DNA of 64,000 nt from Collimonas sp. (GTDB lineage: Bacteria; Pseudomonadota; Gammaproteobacteria; Burkholderiales; Burkholderiaceae_D). The notes beneath the pieces were generated by a model that made no database searches, had not been told where the DNA came from, and saw only the letters and a list, made by a program, of their open reading frames with translations. The position numbers and the translations under genes are program-made. The stretch lies in the NCBI RefSeq assembly GCF_035566555.1, contig NZ_DATMRB010000098.1:46431-110430 (forward strand). Direction: 5' to 3'. Of the stretch, positions 56,316 through 64,000 are shown piece after piece. Position 1 is the stretch's first letter; each line of letters starts with the position of its first letter.

Positions 56316-59300
56316 CTAGTCGATTTCCGACAAGCGCCCATCTACCGTCAGCAGCGCCGTGCGCAGGCGCTTGTCGGCAAACACCGGCTGCGCTGCCTGC
56401 CGGTAGCTGCGCAGCTGGGCGGTATATGCCGCCAGCTCGCTGTCGAGCAGATTGCGCTTGTAGTCGAGGATCCAGACTTCGTTCTCGAACACCACCACGC
56501 GGTCAAAACGCAGTACTACGTTGTCGGCGATGATTTCCATTTCATTGCGCGCATGCTGATACAGGGCCGGATTGAAAAAGTGTTCCAGCTCGCTTTGCCC
56601 AAGGACCGTCTGTGCCTGTTGCCGCACCTGCTTTGCCAGCGCCAGCGGACAAGGCAGCCAGCGCGCGATGGTTTCTGCGTCAGGCAACACTATCGGCCAT
56701 TGCCCGTGCTGGGTGACGCGTTCCAGCAAGCCATGCAAGGCGACCCCTTCGGCGATCGCCTGGTTATCGAAAGTCGCTGCCACAACGGCCTGCGGCGGCG
56801 GCAACTGCGGCGGGTCGAAAATTTCTTGCTGGAAGCGCTCGGCCTCGCCGCCTGCGACGGCATCGGCGACGCTTGCATCAAACGTCGTTTCCGGCACCAG
56901 TTCCAGCCTGGCATACCAGCTGTCTTCCGTGACACCGCCGCTTCTGCCGGCGACGCCGCTGACGATCAGCAGCTGCTTGGCGCGGGTAGTGGCGACGTAC
57001 AGCAGATTCCAGTCTTCCTGCGTCTTGAAGCCTTCCTCGGCCGCGAACAGAGGATCACGTGCAGCCCCGCGTTCGGCGCTGCTGCCGAACGCTGAAAAAT
57101 GCCGGGGCGCCTCCGCATCCTGCGGCCAGTCGCACAGGATGCCGTAGTCGTCGCGCGCCGGCTTGCTGTGATTGGCGTCGAGCAGCGCCACTACCGGCGC
57201 TTCCAGCCCCTTGGCGCTATGCACGGTGAGGATGCGCACGGCATCGGTGGCGGCAGCTATGCTGGCTTCATCGGGCATGTCGCCGGCATGCTGCAGGCCG
57301 CGCAAGGCGTCGATGAATTTCGGCAGGCTGGGATAGCGGCCGGCATCCATGTTCAGCGCCAGCTCGACGAAGGTTTCGATATTGCCGATGGCCTGGCTGC
57401 GCACCAGCGGCGCTGCCGCCTGGGCATAACGCGCCAGCAACTGGCCCTGGTGCAGAATCTGGTCCAGCAAGTCGTGCACCGGCAAGCGCGGCGCCGCCAG
57501 CAGCCATTGCTCCAGCAGGGCGACAGCGCGCTGCAGTACCGGCGGAGCAGGTTCAACTGCAGCCGCCGCACGCAGGCGCGCCCACCAGCCGCGCTCGCCG
57601 CGCTGCGCCAGGGCGATCAGGTCGTCGTCGCTGGCGCCGAAGATCGGCGATTTCAGCACATGGCCGAGCGCGCGCGCATCGTCCGGCGTGATCAGGAATG
57701 TCAGCAAAGCAATCAGGTCGGAAATTTCCAGCGACTCCAGCAAGCCGCCGCGCTTGTCGGACATGAAAGGAATGCCGGCGTCGCGCAAGGCGCTCTCGTA
57801 GGCGCCGAGATGGCTGCGCTTCTTCACCAGCAACATTACATCCGACCAGCGCAAGCTGCGGCTACCGTTTTCCTGCCGCACGCTGAGGCTCTGGCGGGCC
57901 TGCCACAGCGCTTGCGCCAGCTGCGCGCCTTCATCGCGACGACGCGCATCTTCCGACTCTTCACGCGCGGTGACCAGCGGATTGCGCAGGCCCGGCGCAG
58001 ATGCGTCGTCGGCCGCGTCGTCGCCCGCCTGCCTGATCAGCGGCAAGCGCCACACCGCACCACCGCTTTCGCCCAGCGTGGTTTGCGGCGAAAACAAGGG
58101 ATTGGCGCGGAAACCGGCGTTCAGCACATCGACGATATTGCTGGCGTTGCGGCGCGTCTGGTTGGCCTGCAATACCGCGGCGCCCTGCTCCTGCAATAAG
58201 CTGCGGGCGGCTTCAAACACGCGCGGCTCGGCGCGGCGAAAGCGGTAGATCGATTGCTTGGGGTCGCCCACCACGAAGACGCTGGGCTGGCCGGCGTCTT
58301 CGCCATAGGCGCTGAGCCAGGCCCGCACGATGCTCCATTGCAGCGGATTGGTGTCCTGGAATTCATCCAGCAGGATATGCTTGTAGCGGGTGTCAAGCCG
58401 GCTCTGCAGGTAAGCTGCGCTCTCCGGATTGGTCAGCAGGCGGTAAGCTTGCCATTCCAGATCGGCGAAATCGAACACGCGCTGCTCCGCCTTGAGCGCC
58501 TGGTAGCAGTCCAGATAGGCATTGCCGACGCTGAACAGATGCCGGTTCATGCTCAGCACGGTGCGCTCGTAGCTACGCTTGCGCAGCAGTTTCAGCGCCG
58601 TGCCGGTGGCGCCGAACTGCTCGTCGAAAGCGTCGAGCGCATCGCCGCCCAGGCTGTTTTCCAGCGCCTTGAGAAAGTCCTTGGTCTTGCCATTGCTGCG
58701 CGGCTTACCGTTATCGTCGAAAAACTGCTGGCACAGGGCGTCGAAATTTTCCACCGCAGCGCCGGCGGTCAGCGCCATCTCGATCGCAGTGGCGCGTTTC
58801 TGGTTGGTGGCAGAACCCTGGCCCAGCAGCCAGGCGATCTGCTTCACCTGCGCCAATAATTTCTCGTCTGCCCAGAGCGACAAGCGGGCATCGGTGTCTG
58901 CATCTTCGCCGCACAGTTCGCGCAGCCATTCCAGCGGCACGGCGGCGCCCTGGCGGATCACCGCCCACCACTCTGCCCGCTTGTCGATGAAGGCATTGAG
59001 CAGTTTCCTGGTACTGAAATCGCCAGTCAACTGATACATGGCCAGCAAATCCTGTTTGACGGCGTCGTTTTCTTCATCGTTAAGCGATTGCATGAAACGC
59101 AGATAGGCATCCGCCAGCAACTCACCCGTCTTTTCGGTAAGCGAGTAGCCGTGCGGCACGCCAGAGGCCAGCGGTGCGATCTGCAGCAACCGCGCAAACC
59201 AGCTGTGAAAGGTGTCGATCGACAGGCTCTGCGGACTGGCCAGCACCCTTTCGTACAGATTGCGCGCGGCGGGCAGCACCTGCGCCAGCTCCTGCGGCGC

Positions 59301-59618
59301 AATGCCGCGTTCCAGCAGCAGCGTGCGCACTTTGGCCTCGGGCTGCAGCGCCAGGTCATGCAGCAATTCCAGCAGGCGCTCGCGCATTTCCTGCGCCGCC
59401 TTGCGGGTAAAGGTAATCGCAAGCAATTCCGACGGCGCTGCGCCGGCCAGCAGCAGGCGCAGCATGCGCGCCACCAGCAGCCAGGTCTTGCCGCTGCCGG
59501 CGCAGGCTTCCACCACCACTGACTGGCGCGGATCGCAGGCGGCATTGGTGAAATCCTGCGCTTCAACCACATTGCCGTTCAGGCGGTAGGCGCTCGGCAG
59601 AGCCATTGCTTCGTCCAT
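56316..59618 (-). CDS. addA: AddA-type helicase-nuclease (UvrD/Rep superfamily-1 helicase with a C-terminal PD-(D/E)XK nuclease)
   Basis: Walker A is EACAGSGKTW. UvrD-like motifs are present (ITFTRKAAQEM, ILLDEFQDTNPLQW, VGDPKQSIYRFR, LTVHSAKGLE). The C-terminal nuclease motif is ..RFDRVVV..VWILDYK... I chose the ATG at 59618, which shares one base with the upstream stop (TGATG). Confidence 0.85.
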   Translation of the reverse strand: MDEAMALPSAYRLNGNVVEAQDFTNAACDPRQSVVVEACAGSGKTWLLVARMLRLLLAGAAPSELLAITFTRKAAQEMRERLLELLHDLALQPEAKVRTLLLERGIAPQELAQVLPAARNLYERVLASPQSLSIDTFHSWFARLLQIAPLASGVPHGYSLTEKTGELLADAYLRFMQSLNDEENDAVKQDLLAMYQLTGDFSTRKLLNAFIDKRAEWWAVIRQGAAVPLEWLRELCGEDADTDARLSLWADEKLLAQVKQIAWLLGQGSATNQKRATAIEMALTAGAAVENFDALCQQFFDDNGKPRSNGKTKDFLKALENSLGGDALDAFDEQFGATGTALKLLRKRSYERTVLSMNRHLFSVGNAYLDCYQALKAEQRVFDFADLEWQAYRLLTNPESAAYLQSRLDTRYKHILLDEFQDTNPLQWSIVRAWLSAYGEDAGQPSVFVVGDPKQSIYRFRRAEPRVFEAARSLLQEQGAAVLQANQTRRNASNIVDVLNAGFRANPLFSPQTTLGESGGAVWRLPLIRQAGDDAADDASAPGLRNPLVTAREESEDARRRDEGAQLAQALWQARQSLSVRQENGSRSLRWSDVMLLVKKRSHLGAYESALRDAGIPFMSDKRGGLLESLEISDLIALLTFLITPDDARALGHVLKSPIFGASDDDLIALAQRGERGWWARLRAAAAVEPAPPVLQRAVALLEQWLLAAPRLPVHDLLDQILHQGQLLARYAQAAAPLVRSQAIGNIETFVELALNMDAGRYPSLPKFIDALRGLQHAGDMPDEASIAAATDAVRILTVHSAKGLEAPVVALLDANHSKPARDDYGILCDWPQDAEAPRHFSAFGSSAERGAARDPLFAAEEGFKTQEDWNLLYVATTRAKQLLIVSGVAGRSGGVTEDSWYARLELVPETTFDASVADAVAGGEAERFQQEIFDPPQLPPPQAVVAATFDNQAIAEGVALHGLLERVTQHGQWPIVLPDAETIARWLPCPLALAKQVRQQAQTVLGQSELEHFFNPALYQHARNEMEIIADNVVLRFDRVVVFENEVWILDYKRNLLDSELAAYTAQLRSYRQAAQPVFADKRLRTALLTVDGRLSEID

Positions 59619-62359
59619 CACCAGGCTCCCTTGCGGCACAGGCCGCGCACATCGCAATACTGGCAAACCGCAGCAACGCCGTTGGCAGGCAGGCCGACGC
59701 CACCGGCAATCGCCTCCACGTTGATCCTGATCTGCGTCGCCAGCGCGCCTTGCGCCTGGTCATAGTCAGGCGCACTGACATCGCCGACCTTGTCCTTGGT
59801 GGTTTCCAGCGCGACGTAATGGGCCGAGGCTACAGGCCGGTCGGACAGCAAGCCGTAGAACGCCAGCTGATGATCTTCGTGGTCTTTCAGTTTCTTGTTC
59901 AGCGCCAGCAAGTTGTTGGTCTTGTAGTCGAGCACGGCGCGTTCGCCGGCGTCGTTTTCATCGATGCGGTCAATCCGGCCGTGCAGGGTCAGGTCGCGCT
60001 CCGCCAGCGGCAGCAGCTTTTCATACGCCTGTTCGCCAAAGACAAAACGCCATCCTTCGGCTTCATGCTGATTGGCCCATGCCACATACGGCGCGATCAC
60101 CTTTTGCCAGCGCGCGTAATAACCGAGCGCAGCCGCATTCTTGCTGATGACGGCGTCGAACAGCTTTTTAGAGATCGCCGTCAGCAAGGCTTCACGTTGC
60201 GACGGCGGCAAGGGCTGGTCGCGCAGAGATTCGTGATAGGTCTCCAGGATCTCATGCAGCCAGCCGCCGTAGTCGCGCTTTTCCGGCAGATCAGACAGTT
60301 CATCGAGCGAGGCCAGCCCCAGCATGCGGCGGGCAAAGAATTGATATGGACAGGCGATGAAGCTGTTGTAAGCGCTGGCAGTCAGGCGTGCTGGCGTCAG
60401 CTGCGCCGCGGCCGGCGCCGGCATGCGCGACGGCCGCGGCTGCAGGCTTTGTACGGCAATCGCCGCCCGCAGTTCCGGCAAGGCCGCTGCGCCAGTACGC
60501 GCCAAGGTCAGCTGCAGGCGCTGGATCCAGGGGCTGACCGGATTCGGCTCGCCGTCCTTGTACGCCTGCCAGGACAGCACCACCAGAGGATTCAAGGCGA
60601 GCAGCTCGGCCACATCGCGCAATTGCTGGCGCTGGCGGCTCTCGCGCGTGGCCAGGCCCAGTTCGCGGCGCACGGTGTTGGCGAAGAACAGCGTTTCCTG
60701 CGGCTGCGACGGCAGGTGGTCGGCATCCGCGCCCACCATCAGCACGGCGTCGAAACTGCGCAGGCGCGCGCCGTTCAGCGGCAGCATGACGACCCGGCGG
60801 TCGTTGATGGCGCTGATGAAGCTGGTGTCGTCCAGCTGCAGGTTGACCAGCGCGCGCCACTCGGGAAACGAAAACAGGGCAGAAAAATCATTGCCCGGCG
60901 GCGCGATATTCTGCAGCAGCTGCAAGATCTGCTGGCCGGCCGAATCGGCATTCAGCGCGGCGCTCATGCCCAGCGCATCCAGCGCGGCAGCGGTGGTGGC
61001 GATCCAGTCGCGCAGATTCTTGCGGCCGCTGAACAATCCGGCCTGTTGCGCCAGCAGGGCCACCGTCTTTTGTTCTGCCGGCGCGGCGCTGAGCGCGCTG
61101 GTCACCGCGCGCCATTCGCCGAGCACGTTGGCGCGCCGCAGCAGCAATTCGATCTTCATCACCAGCGCCGATTTGTTGGCGATGCTGTCCTGTTCATCCT
61201 GGCCACTATGCAGCAGATCGCTGGCTGCAGCCTTCAAGACGAACGGCGATTTCAGAAAATCGAGCAGGGCCGTGGTTTCTCCGCGCGCGGTGACGACATC
61301 GAACCATGCCGAGATGGCGGACGCGGCGCGGGTGGTAGATAGCTTCCAGCCGGTTTCGTCCGCCACATGGATCTGCGCCCGTTCCAGCAAGGCGCGGATG
61401 CGCCGCGCCACGACCCGGTCCTGGGCCACGATCGCCAGGCTGGTCTTGCCGGCCTGCAGCCAGTCGATCACCATTTGCGCGCCCTGTACGGCTTCATCCT
61501 CAACGTTCTGCGCTGCGCACAATGCCAGTTCCGTGGCGAGTGCGTAGTCAGTTGCAGGCGGCATCTGCTCAGCGCCGTCCGCGGCCTCCACCATCTCCGG
61601 CCACGCCAGTGCGTAAATCGGCGACAAGGCATGCGCGCGCCAGTCGAGGGTAATGGTCAGCACCTGCTGGCGACGTGCATAGGCATCGAGGAAGGCTTGC
61701 TCCAATGGTTCCGGCGCTACCGAGCTGATCCAGATCAGCGGTTGCGCAGAACTCTCTGCCAGTTGCAGCATTTGACTGAAGCGCGCGGCAATCGCGTCGT
61801 CGGCGTCCAGCTGGCTTTTCCAGATCGACCACACCAGCTGGGTTTCATCCGACAGCAGCTTGCGCGCATCCGGCGACAACTGCTCCAGCGCCTGCTGCCA
61901 GCGTTGTTCGGCTGCGCCGTCTTCAGCGTCGCCGCCGCCATGCAAGGACGGCAGCATAGCTTGCGTCAATTCATCTGATAGCGCTAACAAGGTCTGCGCC
62001 AGCGGCAGCAGATCGGTATTGCGGCGCGCGGTGAACAATTTCTTCAGCCAGCCATGTTGGCGCAATTCCGCATATAGCCGCATCAGGCGCTCACTCGCCG
62101 GCAACACATTCGGCAGGGGCGGCATGGTCATCAGCAGGCCTGACAGCGTGAAGAATTGCGGCGGCAGGAAAGTCCCGCCCAGCTGCGCGCTCAGCGCCGC
62201 TTTCAGCAGCTGGGCATGGGCAAAGGTCGGCAGGATAACGCGCCAGTGCGAAAAATCGCGCATGCCATCCTCGCCCGCACGGCAGCTCGCCAGCAAGGCG
62301 CTCGCTGCAGCGGGCCAGAAGTTGGCGGAAGGCGCGATGAATATTGACTTTAAGGACAT
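59618..62359 (-). CDS. addB: AddB-type nuclease subunit (inactive-helicase-like body, C-terminal PD-(D/E)XK nuclease with an Fe-S cysteine set)
   Basis: The C-terminus has ..GRIDRID..AVLDYKTNN.. (nuclease), one Cys at ..FIACPYQFFARRML.., and the CQYCDVRGLC triad. No Walker A is visible at the N-terminus. I chose the ATG at 62359 (MSLKSIFIAPS..). The track's start at 62446 adds an Arg-rich leader. Confidence 0.8.
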   Translation of the reverse strand: MSLKSIFIAPSANFWPAAASALLASCRAGEDGMRDFSHWRVILPTFAHAQLLKAALSAQLGGTFLPPQFFTLSGLLMTMPPLPNVLPASERLMRLYAELRQHGWLKKLFTARRNTDLLPLAQTLLALSDELTQAMLPSLHGGGDAEDGAAEQRWQQALEQLSPDARKLLSDETQLVWSIWKSQLDADDAIAARFSQMLQLAESSAQPLIWISSVAPEPLEQAFLDAYARRQQVLTITLDWRAHALSPIYALAWPEMVEAADGAEQMPPATDYALATELALCAAQNVEDEAVQGAQMVIDWLQAGKTSLAIVAQDRVVARRIRALLERAQIHVADETGWKLSTTRAASAISAWFDVVTARGETTALLDFLKSPFVLKAAASDLLHSGQDEQDSIANKSALVMKIELLLRRANVLGEWRAVTSALSAAPAEQKTVALLAQQAGLFSGRKNLRDWIATTAAALDALGMSAALNADSAGQQILQLLQNIAPPGNDFSALFSFPEWRALVNLQLDDTSFISAINDRRVVMLPLNGARLRSFDAVLMVGADADHLPSQPQETLFFANTVRRELGLATRESRQRQQLRDVAELLALNPLVVLSWQAYKDGEPNPVSPWIQRLQLTLARTGAAALPELRAAIAVQSLQPRPSRMPAPAAAQLTPARLTASAYNSFIACPYQFFARRMLGLASLDELSDLPEKRDYGGWLHEILETYHESLRDQPLPPSQREALLTAISKKLFDAVISKNAAALGYYARWQKVIAPYVAWANQHEAEGWRFVFGEQAYEKLLPLAERDLTLHGRIDRIDENDAGERAVLDYKTNNLLALNKKLKDHEDHQLAFYGLLSDRPVASAHYVALETTKDKVGDVSAPDYDQAQGALATQIRINVEAIAGGVGLPANGVAAVCQYCDVRGLCRKGAW

Positions 62360-62702
62360 GAGGCTCACTGAAGTGTTGCGGCGATGCAGGCAGTCTCGGG
62401 CGCGCAGCCCCGGAAAGCGGCCCAGCGGGGCTCTCTTTTGCAACAATTACCTGTCATTTTATGCGAGCCCCTCAAAAAATCCCTGCAAAATAAGATCATG
62501 CACCACACTTTTTATCAAAATCGGTTATTATTTAGTGAATATCCCGCCGCAACACCTCTTACCACACCCACAGAAACTTGAATTCGCGCACGGCATCCCC
62601 ACTTATTCACTAGAATAGGGAACGCCGCAGGCAGCCACCAAGCAGGAATGGTAAGTCGTCTTGGCACACATTGATTATTTTTTCCCTCACACTGAGGAAA
62701 CC

Positions 62703-63029
62703 ATGAGCGAACATATTAAACACACATCCGACGCAGCTTTTGAAGCAGACGTACTCAAATCCGACAAACCGGTCCTGGTCGATTTCTGGGCTGAGTGGTG
62801 CGGTCCATGCAAGATGATCGCCCCGATCCTGGAAGAAGTGGCCAAGGAATACGGCGACAAGCTGCAGATCGTCAAGCTGGATGTGGATTCCAACCAGGCA
62901 GTACCAGCCAAGCACGGCATCCGCGGCATCCCGACACTGATCCTGTTCAAGAACGGTGTTCCAGCGGCACAAAAAGTCGGCGCCTTGGCCAAGGGCCAGC
63001 TGACCGCATTCATTGATTCGAATATATAA
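62703..63029 (+). CDS. trxA: Thioredoxin 1
   Basis: 108 aa from ATG 62703 (GAGGA upstream). Active site is [16 protein letters not shown], and ..[14 protein letters not shown].. is present. Confidence 0.97.
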   Translation: MSEHIKHTSDAAFEADVLKSDKPVLVDFWAEWCGPCKMIAPILEEVAKEYGDKLQIVKLDVDSNQAVPAKHGIRGIPTLILFKNGVPAAQKVGALAKGQLTAFIDSNI

Positions 63030-63037
63030 TAAGAACC

Positions 63038-63070
63038 GCGGCGGTGCGCCCGCATCGCCGCTTGTGTTTT
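63038..63070 (+). terminator. Hairpin plus U-tract after trxA, in the rho leader
   Basis: gcggcggtgcg-cc-cgcatcgccgc (one G-U pair) followed by ttgtgtttt. Confidence 0.6.
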
Positions 63071-63133
63071 ACTGACTACACCACGCAGTTCCCTCCCCCA
63101 CCCAATATTTCCCATCCCGGGACACTCATACCT

Positions 63134-64000
63134 ATGCATTTATCTGAATTGAAGGCGTTACACGTCTCCGCCCTGCTAGAAATGGCAATCGGCCTGGACA
63201 TCGATAACGCAGCGCGTTTGCGCAAACAAGAACTGATGTTCGCGATCCTGAAAAAGCGCGCGAAATCAGGAGAACAGATTTTCGGCGACGGCGCCCTTGA
63301 AGTCCTGCCTGACGGCTTTGGCTTCCTGCGCTCGCCCGACGCCAGCTACATGGCGTCCACCGACGACATTTACATTTCGCCTTCGCAAATCCGCCGCTTC
63401 AACCTGCACACCGGCGATTCGATCGAAGGTGAAGTGCGCACGCCGAAAGACGGCGAACGCTATTTCGCGCTGGTCAAGGTCGACAAGGTCAACGGCGAAT
63501 CGCCGGAAGCGTCGAAGCACCGCATCCTGTTTGAAAACCTGACGCCGCTGCATCCGAACAAGCCGCTGCCGCTGGAACGCGACATGCGCGGCGAAGAAAA
63601 CATCACCGGCCGCATCATCGACATGATCGCGCCTATCGGCAAGGGCCAGCGCGGTCTGCTGGTAGCTTCGCCGAAGTCCGGTAAATCGGTCATGCTGCAA
63701 CACATTGCGCATGCGATCACCACCAACCATCCCGACACCGTGATGATCGTCCTGCTGATCGACGAACGTCCGGAAGAAGTGACCGAAATGCAGCGCTCGG
63801 TGCGCGGCGAAGTGGTGGCATCGACTTTCGATGAACCGGCCACACGCCACGTGCAGGTTGCTGAAATGGTGCTGGAAAAAGCCAAGCGCCTGGTCGAAAT
63901 GAAAAAAGACGTCGTGATCCTGCTGGACTCGATCACCCGCCTGGCGCGCGCCTATAACACCGTGATCCCTGCTTCCGGCAAGGTGCTGACCGGTGGTGTC
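63134..64000 (+). CDS. rho: Transcription termination factor Rho (5' part; continues beyond the window)
   Basis: Hand translation from ATG 63134 gives [67 protein letters not shown]... This is the canonical Rho N-terminus, and the P-loop region follows later (..[20 protein letters not shown]..). Confidence 0.95.
   Translation, partial: MHLSELKALHVSALLEMAIGLDIDNAARLRKQELMFAILKKRAKSGEQIFGDGALEVLPDGFGFLRSPDASYMASTDDIYISPSQIRRFNLHTGDSIEGEVRTPKDGERYFALVKVDKVNGESPEASKHRILFENLTPLHPNKPLPLERDMRGEENITGRIIDMIAPIGKGQRGLLVASPKSGKSVMLQHIAHAITTNHPDTVMIVLLIDERPEEVTEMQRSVRGEVVASTFDEPATRHVQVAEMVLEKAKRLVEMKKDVVILLDSITRLARAYNTVIPASGKVLTGGV

Noticed and set aside
1-64000. A scan for CRISPR arrays, tRNA/rRNA genes, IS elements, integrases, toxin-antitoxin pairs and known defence-system genes.
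   Set aside because: None was found. Every large ORF is accounted for by housekeeping, motility, transport or metabolic families. The only repeats are the short elements listed above.

Overview
GC-rich chromosomal segment that looks beta-proteobacterial (Burkholderiales/Oxalobacteraceae-like; this is inferred from gene content and order only). It is almost entirely core or housekeeping DNA. I found no tRNA, rRNA, CRISPR array, IS element, transposase, integrase or phage gene. Gene order, left to right: (1) flagellar export and chemotaxis block on the minus strand: two MCPs, cheR-cheD-cheB-cheY-cheZ, flhB-flhA-flhF and an flhG-like gene. (2) A frameshifted Cache-type MCP on the plus strand. 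(3) ohrR-ohr. (4) DNA polymerase II (polB). (5) A five-gene ArsR/SRPBCC/DUF1801/VOC/VOC cassette. (6) gshA, folD, prlC, a secreted DUF4124-glutaredoxin-like protein, holC, dadA and lrp. (7) Three tandem orphan LivJ-type binding-protein genes. (8) Cytochrome c, a small Trp-rich membrane protein, a LysR regulator, lgt, a MatB-like acyl-CoA synthetase and an EVE-domain gene. (9) A candidate 6S RNA next to zapA and a ZapB-like gene. (10) A lactonase, a soluble NAD-type formate dehydrogenase operon (fdsGBA-fdhD-fdsD), an OFA-family transporter and a ModE-like regulator. (11) Three tandem lipoprotein amino-acid binding proteins and one permease. (12) An AddAB-type helicase-nuclease pair, then trxA and the 5' part of rho. 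I cannot point to a clearly new multi-gene system here. The items most worth follow-up are: an FlhF with a ~430-residue C-terminal extension of unknown function, paired with an FlhG-like protein that lacks both Walker-A lysines; the MCP broken by a 1-nt frameshift in a C-run; the uncharacterised ArsR cassette with a perfect 20-bp palindrome; a perfect 29-bp inverted repeat inside the fds operon; the 6S-RNA/zapA/EVE neighbourhood; and two sets of triplicated solute-binding proteins that lack complete transporters. Many long ORFs in the supplied track are antisense artefacts of GC-rich coding DNA and were rejected.
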